DNA from: a virus
Lineage: Duplodnaviria > Caudoviricetes
Direction: 5' to 3' (one strand)
IMG/VR virus record: IMGVR_UViG_2706795801_000001
Coordinates: 1-64,000 of that record
Length of the DNA: 64,000 nucleotides
Of the stretch, positions 19,755 to 30,486 are shown one piece after another. The notes beneath the pieces are model-generated. The model saw only the letters and a list, made by a program, of their open reading frames with translations, was not told where the DNA came from and did no database searches. The number at the start of each line of letters is the position of its first letter. Within the stretch, counting starts at the first letter, position 1. The position numbers and the translations under genes are program-made.

Positions 19755-20601
19755 TAAACGGAAAATCTATCCTATCATGAGACTGATATCCATACAACAT
19801 AAACTTATCCATGTTTTTTAGATTCATGATATCTTCCCAAGTCTGGATAGAATCACAAACTTCTATTTCTGGCTTACAATCTATAGGCTCTCTATTCAAC
19901 TGTAATCGTAGTAAATCAACTTGGTCTTCATACACATGAGGTTGATTAATAACATGTGTAACCTTACCAGCTTTATGCCCAGTAATTCTAGCCATCAAAT
20001 ATAACATAATCCAGCACTGAGGAATATTTGACACTAATCCTAATGGTACATCACATGAGCGTTGTGTTGCAGTCATTGATAAGATACCACCAAGTAAGTT
20101 GAATTGCACACTGTGTAAGCATGGTCTTAGGCATCCTTCACTAAATTGGTCAGGTTTCCAGTAAGTAATAATTTCACCTCTGTCATCAATACCATTACTA
20201 AGATTATTATATACCTTTTCAAACTGGTTAACACCACCAAAGTTGTGACCAAAATAACCGTAAACATTACCCATATCCCCATCACCTTTACGGTTAGGGT
20301 TATTAAGCCATGACGTATTTTTGTTACTATTTGCTAACCACGTTGCGCAACCTAATTTAACAAAATCATTTGCATTAGTCAAACCTTGCCAGTAGCCAAT
20401 CACTTCAGCAATAGCCATTTTGTAGAACGCTTTACGTGTAGTGATTAGGGGGAATTCTCCAGCACCTACATCATATTGGAATATAGTGGTTTCTGTTGAC
20501 AGACAACGTTTACCTGTTCTGCTGTTATTAATCCACACACCTTTGGTTAATAATTTATTACATAAGTCTAAGTACTGCTGCTCATAATGTAAACTTGTCA
20601 A
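19747..20601 (-). CDS. thyA: Thymidylate synthase
   Basis: RTG, FPLITTRK, LRPCLH, QRSCDVPLG and HVY motifs. Confidence 0.96.
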   Translation of the reverse strand: MTSLHYEQQYLDLCNKLLTKGVWINNSRTGKRCLSTETTIFQYDVGAGEFPLITTRKAFYKMAIAEVIGYWQGLTNANDFVKLGCATWLANSNKNTSWLNNPNRKGDGDMGNVYGYFGHNFGGVNQFEKVYNNLSNGIDDRGEIITYWKPDQFSEGCLRPCLHSVQFNLLGGILSMTATQRSCDVPLGLVSNIPQCWIMLYLMARITGHKAGKVTHVINQPHVYEDQVDLLRLQLNREPIDCKPEIEVCDSIQTWEDIMNLKNMDKFMLYGYQSHDRIDFPFSE

Positions 20602-20610
20602 ACACCCTCC

Positions 20611-21084
20611 TTATAAACTCTGTAATTTATCCCAAGTTTCTTGTGCTTCCTTTAACTTCTGCTGTGCTTCTGATATTAATTTAGCCTTAGCTGAGATAGT
20701 TGGTTTGACTCGGTATGAGAAAATATCTGTCCAAAGAGGATTATATTCATTGTACCACTTATCACCAAAATACTCTCTACGTTCAATCTCAGCACCATCA
20801 ACCCAAGCACATAACAAATCTTTCTTAGTTTGATTGTCCAACTCACCAAAAGGTTTGGTAATCTTAGTAAGGTCGGTTTTTAAAGGTTTAACATTATCTA
20901 AATGAAAGAAAGATTTTCCACCAAACTCAGAACAAGATCCTGATACCAATACAAACAGTGGTGTATGTGAATTATCATCTTCTAATAATCTAATAACACT
21001 ACAATAATTAAAGAAGCGCGAATCAGTGACTACAACTTCAAATAAATCTCCAACTTTATATCCTAACTTCTCACATGGTGTCAT
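20611..21084 (-). CDS. Hypothetical protein
   Basis: 157 aa; starts MTPCEKLGYKVGD; AGGAGG RBS. Confidence 0.75.
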   Translation of the reverse strand: MTPCEKLGYKVGDLFEVVVTDSRFFNYCSVIRLLEDDNSHTPLFVLVSGSCSEFGGKSFFHLDNVKPLKTDLTKITKPFGELDNQTKKDLLCAWVDGAEIERREYFGDKWYNEYNPLWTDIFSYRVKPTISAKAKLISEAQQKLKEAQETWDKLQSL

Positions 21085-21269
21085 AATAAACCTCCTTAAA
21101 TAAAACTACTGATAAACTGGATGCATTTAAACATCAACCATCCAATTGCACTCATCATTACAATTAAGATTTGTGACTTGAATTCACGAACCTGCATATC
21201 CTTGTTAGTAGCAACACATACTAACAGGAATATATAGAATGTCAACAATACTTGGATATCAATTACCAT

Positions 21270-21485
21270 TTATTTCTCCTTGGTATCAGTTGTAATATTA
21301 AGTGCCTCACACAATTCCTGTATAATACGAAATAATGCATCGGCCTCAAGTTCAATAGTTTCACCACCTACCTCTCCTAAGACGAAAGTATTATCACTGA
21401 TTGTAGTATCAATGTCAACTATATTTTGAAAACAATTATATTTATTTAATAATGATGTTACGAAATTACGTGTTTCTAAGTTCAT
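21270..21485 (-). CDS. Hypothetical protein
   Basis: 71 aa in gene array. Confidence 0.6.
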   Translation of the reverse strand: MNLETRNFVTSLLNKYNCFQNIVDIDTTISDNTFVLGEVGGETIELEADALFRIIQELCEALNITTDTKEK

Positions 21486-21487
21486 AT

Positions 21488-21697
21488 TTAGTCCTCTACC
21501 TTATTACCACCGATATCCAAATATTCATTAGCCCAATCTAAGGCTAAATTGTGTATATCTTCCTCAGTAAGAATATCACAGTCCTCTTGAGAGAAACCCC
21601 AATCTTCAATTAAGTCAATAACCTCCCTACGACAAGAGTGTATATTATTTCCGTTGTCACACCATACTTCAATCTTCATTTGTTTCTTCCCCTCCAC
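21488..21697 (-). CDS. Hypothetical acidic protein
   Basis: 69 aa in gene array. Confidence 0.6.
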   Translation of the reverse strand: MEGKKQMKIEVWCDNGNNIHSCRREVIDLIEDWGFSQEDCDILTEEDIHNLALDWANEYLDIGGNKVED

Positions 21698-23286
21698 TTA
21701 GTGCCATTCTTTAGTGTTACCATAACCCTCTTCCCGTTAGGGTATGTCACTACATGCGAGTGTGACCATGAACTTCCGCCAACAGCATTATACCCCATAT
21801 TGAGTTTACCTGACACACCAGCTACCCACACACCATCTAATATGTTTGCTGAATGTTGGTGACCTATAGTGACTTTACAACCCCATGCTCGGAATGTAGC
21901 GGTACTTGATCTTGATCCATTAGTTCCTTCCGAGCCGTGGTTCTCCTTACTAATACCAGCGACTTTGTATGGACTACTACCATCTATAAACTCTACATCA
22001 TCCAACCCATCTACGTATTTCTTCATTGCATACTCTAACACACAGAAGTCTTTATTCAAACGTATATTCTGATAAGTTTTCAGTTGCATCTCTAAGAAGA
22101 ATTCTGCATTAACTGGGTCACTACGATAATCCTCTTTACGTAGGTATTGTTGCAATGCTAAGTCATGATTACTTTGTACTACAACAGTCTTGATATTAGG
22201 GCGCAACATAGTCTTCATAAGATTACCTGACGCAATTACTTCATCCAGTACACTCTCTGTCCCTTGTACATGCATCTTAAACTGGAAGTAAGGATCATTT
22301 ATATTATGATGATTACGATTTTTCATGTCAAAGAAATCGTGCAAAAATTGAACAGAGGGTTTTAATACATCAATCATACCACCTCTACCCCATGAAGTTT
22401 TTGCAACATCATCATCTATTTTAGCTGCATGTATATCTCCCCAGTTTATACCTGCAACACAATGACCTCCAGATACGCCATCTTTAGTGTAGTATTCCAC
22501 CCCGTTTGCAATATCGTAGAAATTTCCCGTGATTTTCTCACCACTTAATTGTCTAACAAACCAGTCACCTTCGGCATCAATCTCTACTACCAAGGCTGCA
22601 AAACTATGGTGGTGTTCTGCCAACTGCCCTGCTTTTTGTGGGCGATATTGTCTTTGTGTTACAGTCCCTGTGGTGTACATAAACCTAGCTCCAGTATGTA
22701 ACGGTGCTGGTAAACTTAACATCTGTAACTTGGCGTGTGGAATTATACAACTCTCTTGGTTTACATAATTCTGCATACCACTCATAGGGTTTTTTGCTGT
22801 AGGTAGGATATTCAACTCACCACTCCACACTAAACCTTTAGCAACTTGACAACTCTCATCTACAATATAGTCACGTATCTTTGGGTCAAACCAAGTGTCA
22901 TCTGTAACGCCAGATTGGAAACCTTTCCTATTGTAAATATAAGTACCCACCATTAATTCTGCATTATTATGTTCACAGTAAACCTCCAATGCCTTAAGGA
23001 AGCCGTCATGTACGTAGGTATTGTTCTGTGCTGATGTAAATACAAAACGTTTACCTTTTAGCTTTCTGCGTGATTCTTCTGGGCGTTTGATATAACCACC
23101 TGCAGTAGGTTTATCATCTTCCTTCTCCCAGAAATCAGTATACGTCTCTTTTCTTAGTAAGTCACCAATTGTTGATTTACCTACTCCATATATCTCAGCT
23201 ATTTTTCTACTAGATAAACCATCCTGTTGTGTTAACCTTTTAATTTCTACAATATCGTCAACAGTGAATACTCGATTTTTACTCAA
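21676..23286 (-). CDS. HTH plus calcineurin-like metallophosphoesterase protein
   Basis: N-terminal SSRKIAEIYGVGKSTI HTH; WGDIH, LHD, SNHD, HG and GHQHS motifs. Confidence 0.8.
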   Translation of the reverse strand: MSKNRVFTVDDIVEIKRLTQQDGLSSRKIAEIYGVGKSTIGDLLRKETYTDFWEKEDDKPTAGGYIKRPEESRRKLKGKRFVFTSAQNNTYVHDGFLKALEVYCEHNNAELMVGTYIYNRKGFQSGVTDDTWFDPKIRDYIVDESCQVAKGLVWSGELNILPTAKNPMSGMQNYVNQESCIIPHAKLQMLSLPAPLHTGARFMYTTGTVTQRQYRPQKAGQLAEHHHSFAALVVEIDAEGDWFVRQLSGEKITGNFYDIANGVEYYTKDGVSGGHCVAGINWGDIHAAKIDDDVAKTSWGRGGMIDVLKPSVQFLHDFFDMKNRNHHNINDPYFQFKMHVQGTESVLDEVIASGNLMKTMLRPNIKTVVVQSNHDLALQQYLRKEDYRSDPVNAEFFLEMQLKTYQNIRLNKDFCVLEYAMKKYVDGLDDVEFIDGSSPYKVAGISKENHGSEGTNGSRSSTATFRAWGCKVTIGHQHSANILDGVWVAGVSGKLNMGYNAVGGSSWSHSHVVTYPNGKRVMVTLKNGTKWRGRNK

Positions 23287-23438
23287 ATCTATTCTCCTTT
23301 GCTAGTCTTCTCAATAATCCACATTGCTGCTGCAGTGACCGTCTTAGTATTCTTAACAATCTCACCATCTTCATTAACGATTACAATCATACCAAATTGA
23401 TTACGTTGTGGTAGCACTTCGTATTCCATCTAACCTCC

Positions 23439-23984
23439 TTAGAATAAACTCTCAATTTTATATACCCAGTGTTGGACATACATCTGAACTAAATCTACAA
23501 CTAAAGTTTTATCACTTGCAATTATACCGAAGTCCTCCGCCAGTCTTTGAAGTAACTCATCCTTCCTCCACCGTTTAACCACCTTACGGAAGTCGTCCAT
23601 GTATTTGAAGTGAAACTTCTCTTGTGTGTTACTTTGTTTGAGGTAATTACCCATATTAATAAGGAAATCCTCGAATGTTATATCATATTTCTCCTGTATA
23701 CGAGCTTTTTTGAATAACTTTAAGAACCTACCCTCTAACATGTTGACTTGTGATGCCAATACACCACGTAGTCTACCATCCTCACTCAAGGAAGCTGCGT
23801 CATGTGCGTGGTCTAATACTCCTGTTGATAAGGTTAACTTAGCTTTAGTAATGGCACATAATCCACCTTGTTGTCTAAGTTTAAGCTTACGCACAGTTTT
23901 AATGTCATCTGCGGAACGCACCCATATGTCTGGGTTCAACCTTACTACTTTAGACTTAACTTTACGAGTCTTGCATCTTACCAT
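23439..23984 (-). CDS. Recombination endonuclease VII-like
   Basis: QQGGLCAI...VLDHAH...LRGVL...N motif. Confidence 0.85.
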   Translation of the reverse strand: MVRCKTRKVKSKVVRLNPDIWVRSADDIKTVRKLKLRQQGGLCAITKAKLTLSTGVLDHAHDAASLSEDGRLRGVLASQVNMLEGRFLKLFKKARIQEKYDITFEDFLINMGNYLKQSNTQEKFHFKYMDDFRKVVKRWRKDELLQRLAEDFGIIASDKTLVVDLVQMYVQHWVYKIESLF

Positions 23985-24568
23985 TAAATTAACCCTTTAG
24001 CTAGAAGTTCTCGGTAACAGTCTCTCCTTTTTTCATCATTTGTGATATCTGATGTGGAGTATCCTAATTTCTTGAGTTCTACTTTTTGCTGGGCAACCGT
24101 CTGGTTTGTCTTGGCGATAACCTTCTTCTCTTTGAACGCATTATCTAACGACATACCATAACGTTCTGAATATGTAATCGCCTCATGACATGGTACACAG
24201 ACTACCTGCAAACCTTCGTAGTTCACCATAAGAATACTTTTAGCAAAACAAAGTAGGTCATCTAGTGTCTTGAGCTGATGTTCTCCTTTTATGTGATCAA
24301 TTTGTACGTCTGATGTTTTGAATGGTAAACCACAGCACTCACAATCCACTAACCACTTTGTTCGTGTATTAGGGTTAGTATCAGGGTAGGATTTACTCAT
24401 CAGGTAAGACACCTTAACATCATGCATTTTCCACACCTGTCTGACTGCCGATCTTAGTTGTGTGCAAATTTTATTCTCAGGCATACTCCCATCAGGGTTT
24501 AGACTTTTAGTTAATTTGTCTAGTTTCTGTTGCCGCTTTTTTATATCTTCATTGGATGGTAATGTCAA
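23984..24568 (-). CDS. HNH endonuclease
   Basis: CECC...QIDHI...LQVVCVPCH. Confidence 0.85.
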   Translation of the reverse strand: MTLPSNEDIKKRQQKLDKLTKSLNPDGSMPENKICTQLRSAVRQVWKMHDVKVSYLMSKSYPDTNPNTRTKWLVDCECCGLPFKTSDVQIDHIKGEHQLKTLDDLLCFAKSILMVNYEGLQVVCVPCHEAITYSERYGMSLDNAFKEKKVIAKTNQTVAQQKVELKKLGYSTSDITNDEKRRDCYRELLAKGLI

Positions 24569-24586
24569 TTAATCCTCCGTAGTAGG

Positions 24587-24880
24587 TCACTTGGTTGCCT
24601 CTAGTGCTTTTATTACAGTCTCGCATACTGGAGATGCGTGGTACATTGGGTCTATTTTCAGCCACGAGTCAGCTAATACCAAAGCCTCTCGCAGCATCTT
24701 ATTTTGCTCGGTTAGCTTGTCGTGCGAGTTGATGGCATTTGCTACAAATGTCTTTTGCTCTAAACAGTTGGTATCTGTATCGTCAAACTTTATTGAATGC
24801 CTGCAATCTTGAGAATAGATATAGCCGTCACCATCTTCGCAAATCATTGGCAATTTAAAAATACCACTCATCTCACACAC
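24587..24880 (-). CDS. Hypothetical protein (DKLTEQNKML paralog 1)
   Basis: Shares a 31-bp segment with 24945-25262. Confidence 0.7.
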   Translation of the reverse strand: MCEMSGIFKLPMICEDGDGYIYSQDCRHSIKFDDTDTNCLEQKTFVANAINSHDKLTEQNKMLREALVLADSWLKIDPMYHASPVCETVIKALEATK

Positions 24881-24944
24881 TCCTTATAAATCATTAATGA
24901 AACCACCAGCCAGTTTTACAGCTGCTTTTTGATTTAGTTAGCAT

Positions 24945-25262
24945 TTATTTAAAGTCCTCAGTATTCGCTAGCGCTCTAGTTAGCAATGAACTTGCTTTAT
25001 CCATATCTGATTCATTTTCAATTGCAACAACAGCAGAGCCTATGGCTTTCTTTAGTGTTGCAACATCAAGTAGCAGCATCTTATTTTGCTCGGTTAGTTT
25101 GTCCATCTTTGACGCTACCGATTTAATCCATATGGTTGTTTCCTCCCCGTACATGCCGCCAGCAATATCAACACCATCACCATGCTCATCATCAAGCATT
25201 GCTTCACATAGTTCGCCACATAAAATATCCAACGTTTTTAATTTAACATCACTCATCTTCAC
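24945..25262 (-). CDS. Hypothetical protein (DKLTEQNKML paralog 2)
   Basis: Shares a 31-bp segment and RBS region with 24587-24880. Confidence 0.7.
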   Translation of the reverse strand: MKMSDVKLKTLDILCGELCEAMLDDEHGDGVDIAGGMYGEETTIWIKSVASKMDKLTEQNKMLLLDVATLKKAIGSAVVAIENESDMDKASSLLTRALANTEDFK

Positions 25263-25461
25263 AACTCCTATAAATCATTATTGAAAACCCACTAACACCA
25301 ATCGGCTTATCTAGCATGTAATTATCTAATGCTCGCCACAGTATCTTAGTATCAGTATTAGTCTGTTTTATTTTAGTTAAGTCAGCAGCGTTAACCGCTG
25401 ACATTATTTCCATTGCTGCAGCTTGTTTAAGTTCGCAGTGGCTTGGTGGTAGGTCTAGCAT
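25249..25461 (-). CDS. Hypothetical protein
   Basis: 70 aa, overlapping its neighbours. Confidence 0.55.
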   Translation of the reverse strand: MLDLPPSHCELKQAAAMEIMSAVNAADLTKIKQTNTDTKILWRALDNYMLDKPIGVSGFSIMIYRSCEDE

Positions 25462-26144
25462 TTAATCAGTCCAGCATCGACAGCCTCGCTAATTGCCTCA
25501 AGGAATAAATCCTGAACATTCTTAGCCTGAAGGTGTAAGTCAACTCGATGCCCTATCACACGCATAGCGTTATCAACCGCCTTTTGCTTTGGTGTGCGAG
25601 TGTCTAGCGGATTTATTTCAGCCATGTTATTGCTCATCGGGGTGGTATCAAATGTCAGATTGACCCCATTAATATTTACAACTCCAACAACACCTAGGTT
25701 GGAGTACGTCACAAACTCAACTGTTGCGCTACAGAACTCTGGCTCAGTGTCTCCGTGGTACTTTATCAGCACCTCACTACCAACAGGCGGCAGCTCCCCT
25801 GCATCAGCCATTCCCTGTGTGAATACTGGTTTATCATCACTAGGCTTTACTGCTGATTGGTCTAGTAGCGGTCTCCACAAACCTTTATCATCATCTTGCT
25901 CATACTTAAACTTTGGATTATCTGGCAGCGTGTTAAGTGGTCGCCATGCGAAAAAGTTAACTATATAATTATCAGGTTTTACGTCTCTACTGTAATTCAT
26001 ATATGACGCACCATCTTCATCCAAGCATTTAAAGTAGACGCTACCACTCTTTGTTGATGTTGAATCACCAACAACAAACTCGCCATCCAAATCGTTAAAC
26101 TCTTTAGCTGTTAACATTTTTAACCTCCTTAAATAGTAACTCAT
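25455..26144 (-). CDS. Hypothetical protein
   Basis: Likely start at MLTAKE (AGGAGG RBS); contains FTQGMADAGELPPVG. Confidence 0.75.
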   Translation of the reverse strand: MSYYLRRLKMLTAKEFNDLDGEFVVGDSTSTKSGSVYFKCLDEDGASYMNYSRDVKPDNYIVNFFAWRPLNTLPDNPKFKYEQDDDKGLWRPLLDQSAVKPSDDKPVFTQGMADAGELPPVGSEVLIKYHGDTEPEFCSATVEFVTYSNLGVVGVVNINGVNLTFDTTPMSNNMAEINPLDTRTPKQKAVDNAMRVIGHRVDLHLQAKNVQDLFLEAISEAVDAGLIKC

Positions 26145-26218
26145 GGTTCTTGTGTAACATCTTACACTTTGTTCTCATAATCAACCTTATTATCCTTAGA
26201 TGTGTATAATGTTACACT

Positions 26219-26530
26219 CTATGATCCTGACAACCCAAGTAGCTCATTCTTCTTTTGTTGCCAATTAGCTAATCCTACTTTATCTCTAGCGGATAACCCC
26301 TCCATCTCCTCTAGCAACTTTACAAACTCAATGTTACGTTGAATTGCATCAGAGTTCAAAGCTTCTGTTATTAGTGTGACAATGGCAGCACTACCAAAAG
26401 CTTCCGTATATTCAGGTTTTTTCCTGACATAATCTCTTAGTTTAAATGTAGTTGGTTTATCCAATCCCACAGTAAACCAATCATATTTTTCTAATCTAGG
26501 TGGCACGTTTCCTCCTATATAAATAACCAA
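26219..26530 (-). CDS. Hypothetical protein
   Basis: 103 aa; AGGAG RBS. Confidence 0.65.
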   Translation of the reverse strand: MVIYIGGNVPPRLEKYDWFTVGLDKPTTFKLRDYVRKKPEYTEAFGSAAIVTLITEALNSDAIQRNIEFVKLLEEMEGLSARDKVGLANWQQKKNELLGLSGS

Positions 26531-26568
26531 CCATACTAGGAGTTTAGCATAGCTGGTATGGTTGTCAA

Positions 26569-28071
26569 CTAATTACTTTGATATAAATTCTCAAAATGTT
26601 TATTGTCATTTAGTAACTTCAGTGCTTCGTCTAAACGGGCAGCTTTATCTGCAACCTTACCAGATTTATCACTCAGTAGTGAAATTACTGTTTCTAAGTT
26701 TTCAGTGTATTTGTTGACTTCTTCGCGTAAATGTTCTTCCTCTAAGAACTCAACCTGCTTAGGTTTGTTGTTACCTACAATTTTAGAGTAGTCTACTTTA
26801 AATCTAACCAACAAATCTTCAATTTTAGTCTTATCATCTTCAGAGCGCAGCATGTATTGGCAAGCGAAACATTGCTGCAACCACCATAGAGTATCTTGAT
26901 CTATATTGTTACCTAAATGAGATGTGAACCTAACGCCTGTCGGGTAGAAATCAAAGAATTTGTCTACCATTTTTTGTAATACTTCTTTAGGTGTTTTCAA
27001 GTTAATGAAGTCTTTATAGAAAGCAACATCACCATAGGTATCTTTTGGTTTCATTTCAGGAGGCATGGTTAATCTACTACCATAGAAATCACTACTATCT
27101 GAGATAACACACTGATATGCTGTTCCCATTAAACCTGTGAATTTCATACCTGATTTAACTAATTCTAATTCACCTACGGTCTTATCTGATGAATGTATTA
27201 ACCAAACTTGCGGTTGATTAAAGTGGAACGTTTTAGTGGGGTCAAATAAGAAACCTGCAGTACACTTAGCGTCTTTATCAGGTGATGTTTTTATTGCCCG
27301 TACAACACCATCCTTCCTATATTCATAATATGCACGTAGTGCCATCATATCTACATACTCGTCAGTCTCCCACATATCAGGTGCATTCTGAGATGGGTAA
27401 TTTTGTAGTATATACTCGCGCATATCACTTAGCAGTAAAGGTCTTTCTCCTACTCGGTTAGACTTATAATCCTTCGGAAGATCTAATAGGTTGCGATGAC
27501 AATCTCCACTACCTAAAGTAATATTTATTAATGGTACTTGTGTTTGAATCTTAACAGCATCAATCCAGTTATCTAAAAAGTACTTGGCTACTTCTAGGCT
27601 ATTATTGAACTTAATATCATCTATGGTAGTTCCTTTCTCATATTTTAGGCGTTTACGTTTATCAACAGTAAAGTCACTGATACTGAGTGTAGGTAACCCT
27701 TTAGCTTCAAGCTTAATATTTTCACGACCTAAGTAACTATCTACTGTAATAACACCTTGTTTGGTGGACTTACCTTTCCACTCCGATACATTAGAGAATT
27801 CTTGTACTTCTTTGGTCTGATTATTAACAACCTCTATATAATCTTCCTCTACGGACGAGGCCACCTTAAATGCGAACCCGTCCCCATCAATATAATTAAT
27901 ACAATCTGGGCTTAACTTGTTAGCTAGGTCTTTTACCTGAATTTGGGGAAATAGGGTATTATTTTGTTTACTCCTAATAAAGCTTTGCATCACTGCAGTT
28001 GTCTTATTGTCACTTTCCTCATACTCTGAACGACTACTATCTGTAGTCTCTACTTTAAATGTAAAATTCAA
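26569..28071 (-). CDS. Phage 5'-3' exonuclease (RNase H/PIN-like)
   Basis: IDGD, YKSNR..RP, ETDE, DKD and DSSDFY acidic motifs. Confidence 0.8.
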   Translation of the reverse strand: MNFTFKVETTDSSRSEYEESDNKTTAVMQSFIRSKQNNTLFPQIQVKDLANKLSPDCINYIDGDGFAFKVASSVEEDYIEVVNNQTKEVQEFSNVSEWKGKSTKQGVITVDSYLGRENIKLEAKGLPTLSISDFTVDKRKRLKYEKGTTIDDIKFNNSLEVAKYFLDNWIDAVKIQTQVPLINITLGSGDCHRNLLDLPKDYKSNRVGERPLLLSDMREYILQNYPSQNAPDMWETDEYVDMMALRAYYEYRKDGVVRAIKTSPDKDAKCTAGFLFDPTKTFHFNQPQVWLIHSSDKTVGELELVKSGMKFTGLMGTAYQCVISDSSDFYGSRLTMPPEMKPKDTYGDVAFYKDFINLKTPKEVLQKMVDKFFDFYPTGVRFTSHLGNNIDQDTLWWLQQCFACQYMLRSEDDKTKIEDLLVRFKVDYSKIVGNNKPKQVEFLEEEHLREEVNKYTENLETVISLLSDKSGKVADKAARLDEALKLLNDNKHFENLYQSN

Positions 28072-28340
28072 ATTTCACCTCCCATTATAATCTTGTGTTG
28101 TAAGTCACGTAAATCTTTCAGATAAGATTCTTGCTCTCTGGATAGAGTAGGGAACCTTGATGTGATACGTTTAATATCTCTGTCACCCGAACACAATCTC
28201 AACATATCATCCTTACTCGTATTAACATTACCTGTCTCAATGTGATTAATCCACAGTGACAATGCAGTGTATAATTTTTCTCTATCTTTATTCATACTTC
28301 CCCCTATAAGCCTAGCTCTGACTCTATCATTGTAATACAA
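28068..28340 (-). CDS. Hypothetical protein
   Basis: ORF in gene array. Confidence 0.6.
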   Translation of the reverse strand: MYYNDRVRARLIGGSMNKDREKLYTALSLWINHIETGNVNTSKDDMLRLCSGDRDIKRITSRFPTLSREQESYLKDLRDLQHKIIMGGEI

Positions 28341-28645
28341 TCTTCAATTTCTTGTTCCGTAGTGTCCCTGCCACAGGCTTGAAACAAACCATATTTTACG
28401 GAGTCTCTTGCTATTGCTTCCCAGTACTCAGCCTTAGCTTTGTATAAATCTTCTTTTTTGGTAAACATACTCATTGTAAATTGTTTACTCATCACCAGTC
28501 TCCATTAACTCACTAACCTTACGTTCCACATCTTTGAGTTCTACCCACAATTCTGGACTGGAGTGACCAAGTTGACATAACCACTTAATAAGGTCGTGTT
28601 GTGCTTTTAATTCCTTTAATTGGTAATAATTGTCTTGTAATGATT

Positions 28646-28984
28646 TCACTTAACACCCCCAGTACTTATAGAACCTTTCCATTCTTCCATACAACTTCTA
28701 ATGGTCATCTCATAGTCTAGGAACTCCACGGCACTTCTGTTCTTCTGTAGGGTATAACCATGTGCAGCCATGAACCACAGGAACCAATCAATAGTGTATA
28801 CATGACCATCCACCCAATTTACTGGGCACTCATCAGAATTGTCAAAGTACACAGTCATGGCCTTAAACAAATCTTTCTGGTCATGGAAATCCCTCATAAA
28901 ATGAGGTAAGTGTTTACCTTCTTTTCTCCAATCATGGAATGTCGGTTTACTCATATAAAACTCCTTAAACAAAATTGCACACAC
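28646..28984 (-). CDS. Conserved hypothetical protein
   Basis: LPHFMRDFHDQKDLFK...HVYTIDWFLWFMA; probable start MSKPT. Confidence 0.75.
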   Translation of the reverse strand: MCAILFKEFYMSKPTFHDWRKEGKHLPHFMRDFHDQKDLFKAMTVYFDNSDECPVNWVDGHVYTIDWFLWFMAAHGYTLQKNRSAVEFLDYEMTIRSCMEEWKGSISTGGVK

Positions 28985-29183
28985 AACTAGAACCTAACTG
29001 ATGCTTAAAACCGAAACAGATGAAACATCTGTTTGTGTGATTAAGGTGCATCCAACCTAACGTTACTTGCGTAACGTATTTTTAATAAAGATATTTCTAG
29101 AACCATTAACACCCCTATCATATATTTGATCAAGATGTTTCATTTGTTTCTACTATCCTAAACTGTGTGTGTGCTGTATTACT

Positions 29184-30029
29184 CTAGATAACTCCACCTA
29201 ATTCTTCAATCAAGTCATCAACCAAGTTAATTACTTCTTTAACTTGAATAGTTACTGTACCTACTTCATCACCACTTTCTACTTCAGCAGTTAAATCTTT
29301 AGCAAACTTAATACCTGAAATAGACATATCAGCCTTTAGTGTGAACATAGTTAAACCGCTATACTCTAATTGTAATGATGTTACTGTAGCACCATCTGCT
29401 GTATGTTGTACAGCATCACTATTATAAACACTACCACTTGTTTGACTCACCTTAAGTTCATCTGCGTTTACATAGGTAACCTTATCCCCTAATACAAACA
29501 AATCAGTGTTAAGCTCATCCTTAACCATAGCCGTGAGGGTTACTGTAAGAGGTTTTGAGAGGTTTAATAACTCAACTGGTAATGAGCCTAGAATATTACG
29601 TAAGTGGTCTAGGATCACTTCTGCTTGCTTATAATTACCCTCTACATACACCTTAGTAGGTGACACAAGTACTGTCACAGTCTTAGGTTCGTTTGCAGGA
29701 GTTAGTGGTAACAAGCCTTCTTTGATTTGAGCCTCAAACTCTGCTAATTCATTCTCATTAGGTTCACCACCAAACTGATCTTTATATGCAGAAACCTTAG
29801 CTTTTATTTGTCGCTTAACTTCAGCTTTGTTTGGAACTTTAACTTGTGTTGTATAGTTTAATACTTTCACATCACCAGCCAAATCCATTACATAACCGTC
29901 TTCAATTGTTGGACTAAACCCTGAACGTGAAGCATCGTGTGCGCCACATTCTATAAACTTTGAAGATTCTAAGTCATCTGCTAGGATTACCACTGGGCTT
30001 TTTAATTCATACACTACTACTGATTTCAA
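29184..30029 (-). CDS. rdgC: Recombination-associated protein RdgC-like
   Basis: FIECG..SRSGFSP, LLP..P, LGSLP and SLQLEY..FTL motifs. Confidence 0.8.
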   Translation of the reverse strand: MKSVVVYELKSPVVILADDLESSKFIECGAHDASRSGFSPTIEDGYVMDLAGDVKVLNYTTQVKVPNKAEVKRQIKAKVSAYKDQFGGEPNENELAEFEAQIKEGLLPLTPANEPKTVTVLVSPTKVYVEGNYKQAEVILDHLRNILGSLPVELLNLSKPLTVTLTAMVKDELNTDLFVLGDKVTYVNADELKVSQTSGSVYNSDAVQHTADGATVTSLQLEYSGLTMFTLKADMSISGIKFAKDLTAEVESGDEVGTVTIQVKEVINLVDDLIEELGGVI

Positions 30030-30063
30030 ATTTATTCTCCTTTGTTATTAAATTAATTTCAAC

Positions 30064-30477
30064 TTATTTACCTGTAGAACCAAAACCACCTGTACCTCGT
30101 TTAGTCTCCTCCAGTTTATCCACCTTAGTATACACAGCTTTCACAAAAGGTAAAATGATTAATTGCCCAATACGTTCACCTTCCTCAATAACCACTGTTT
30201 CCTCACTGGTATTTTTATACACAAATTTAATAGTCCCTGTGTAATCGGAATCTATCACCCCAAAAGAGTTAGTCATGTGTAAACCTTTCTTGTTACACAA
30301 ACTACTTCGTGGCGCAGCCATCCCGAAATAGCCCTCTGGTATCTGAACAGCAGTACCAGTATCAATCATCACCTGCTGGTTAGGTTCAATTTCATAATAC
30401 ACACTAGCCTCTAAGTCCCCACCTGCTGCCCCAAATGACATATACTGTGGCTGTGTTCCTGTATAATTTAAAATCAT
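30064..30477 (-). CDS. dut: Trimeric dUTPase
   Basis: AAGGDL, PRSS, GVIDSDYTG, RIGQL and RGTGGFGSTG. Confidence 0.96.
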   Translation of the reverse strand: MILNYTGTQPQYMSFGAAGGDLEASVYYEIEPNQQVMIDTGTAVQIPEGYFGMAAPRSSLCNKKGLHMTNSFGVIDSDYTGTIKFVYKNTSEETVVIEEGERIGQLIILPFVKAVYTKVDKLEETKRGTGGFGSTGK

Positions 30478-30486
30478 TTACTCTCC

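Noticed and set aside
28998-29034. Hammerhead ribozyme on the plus strand (CTGATG...GAAAC...GTT)
   Set aside because: A9 and stem II are missing, and the homologous copy at 41275-41310 lacks the CUGA core.
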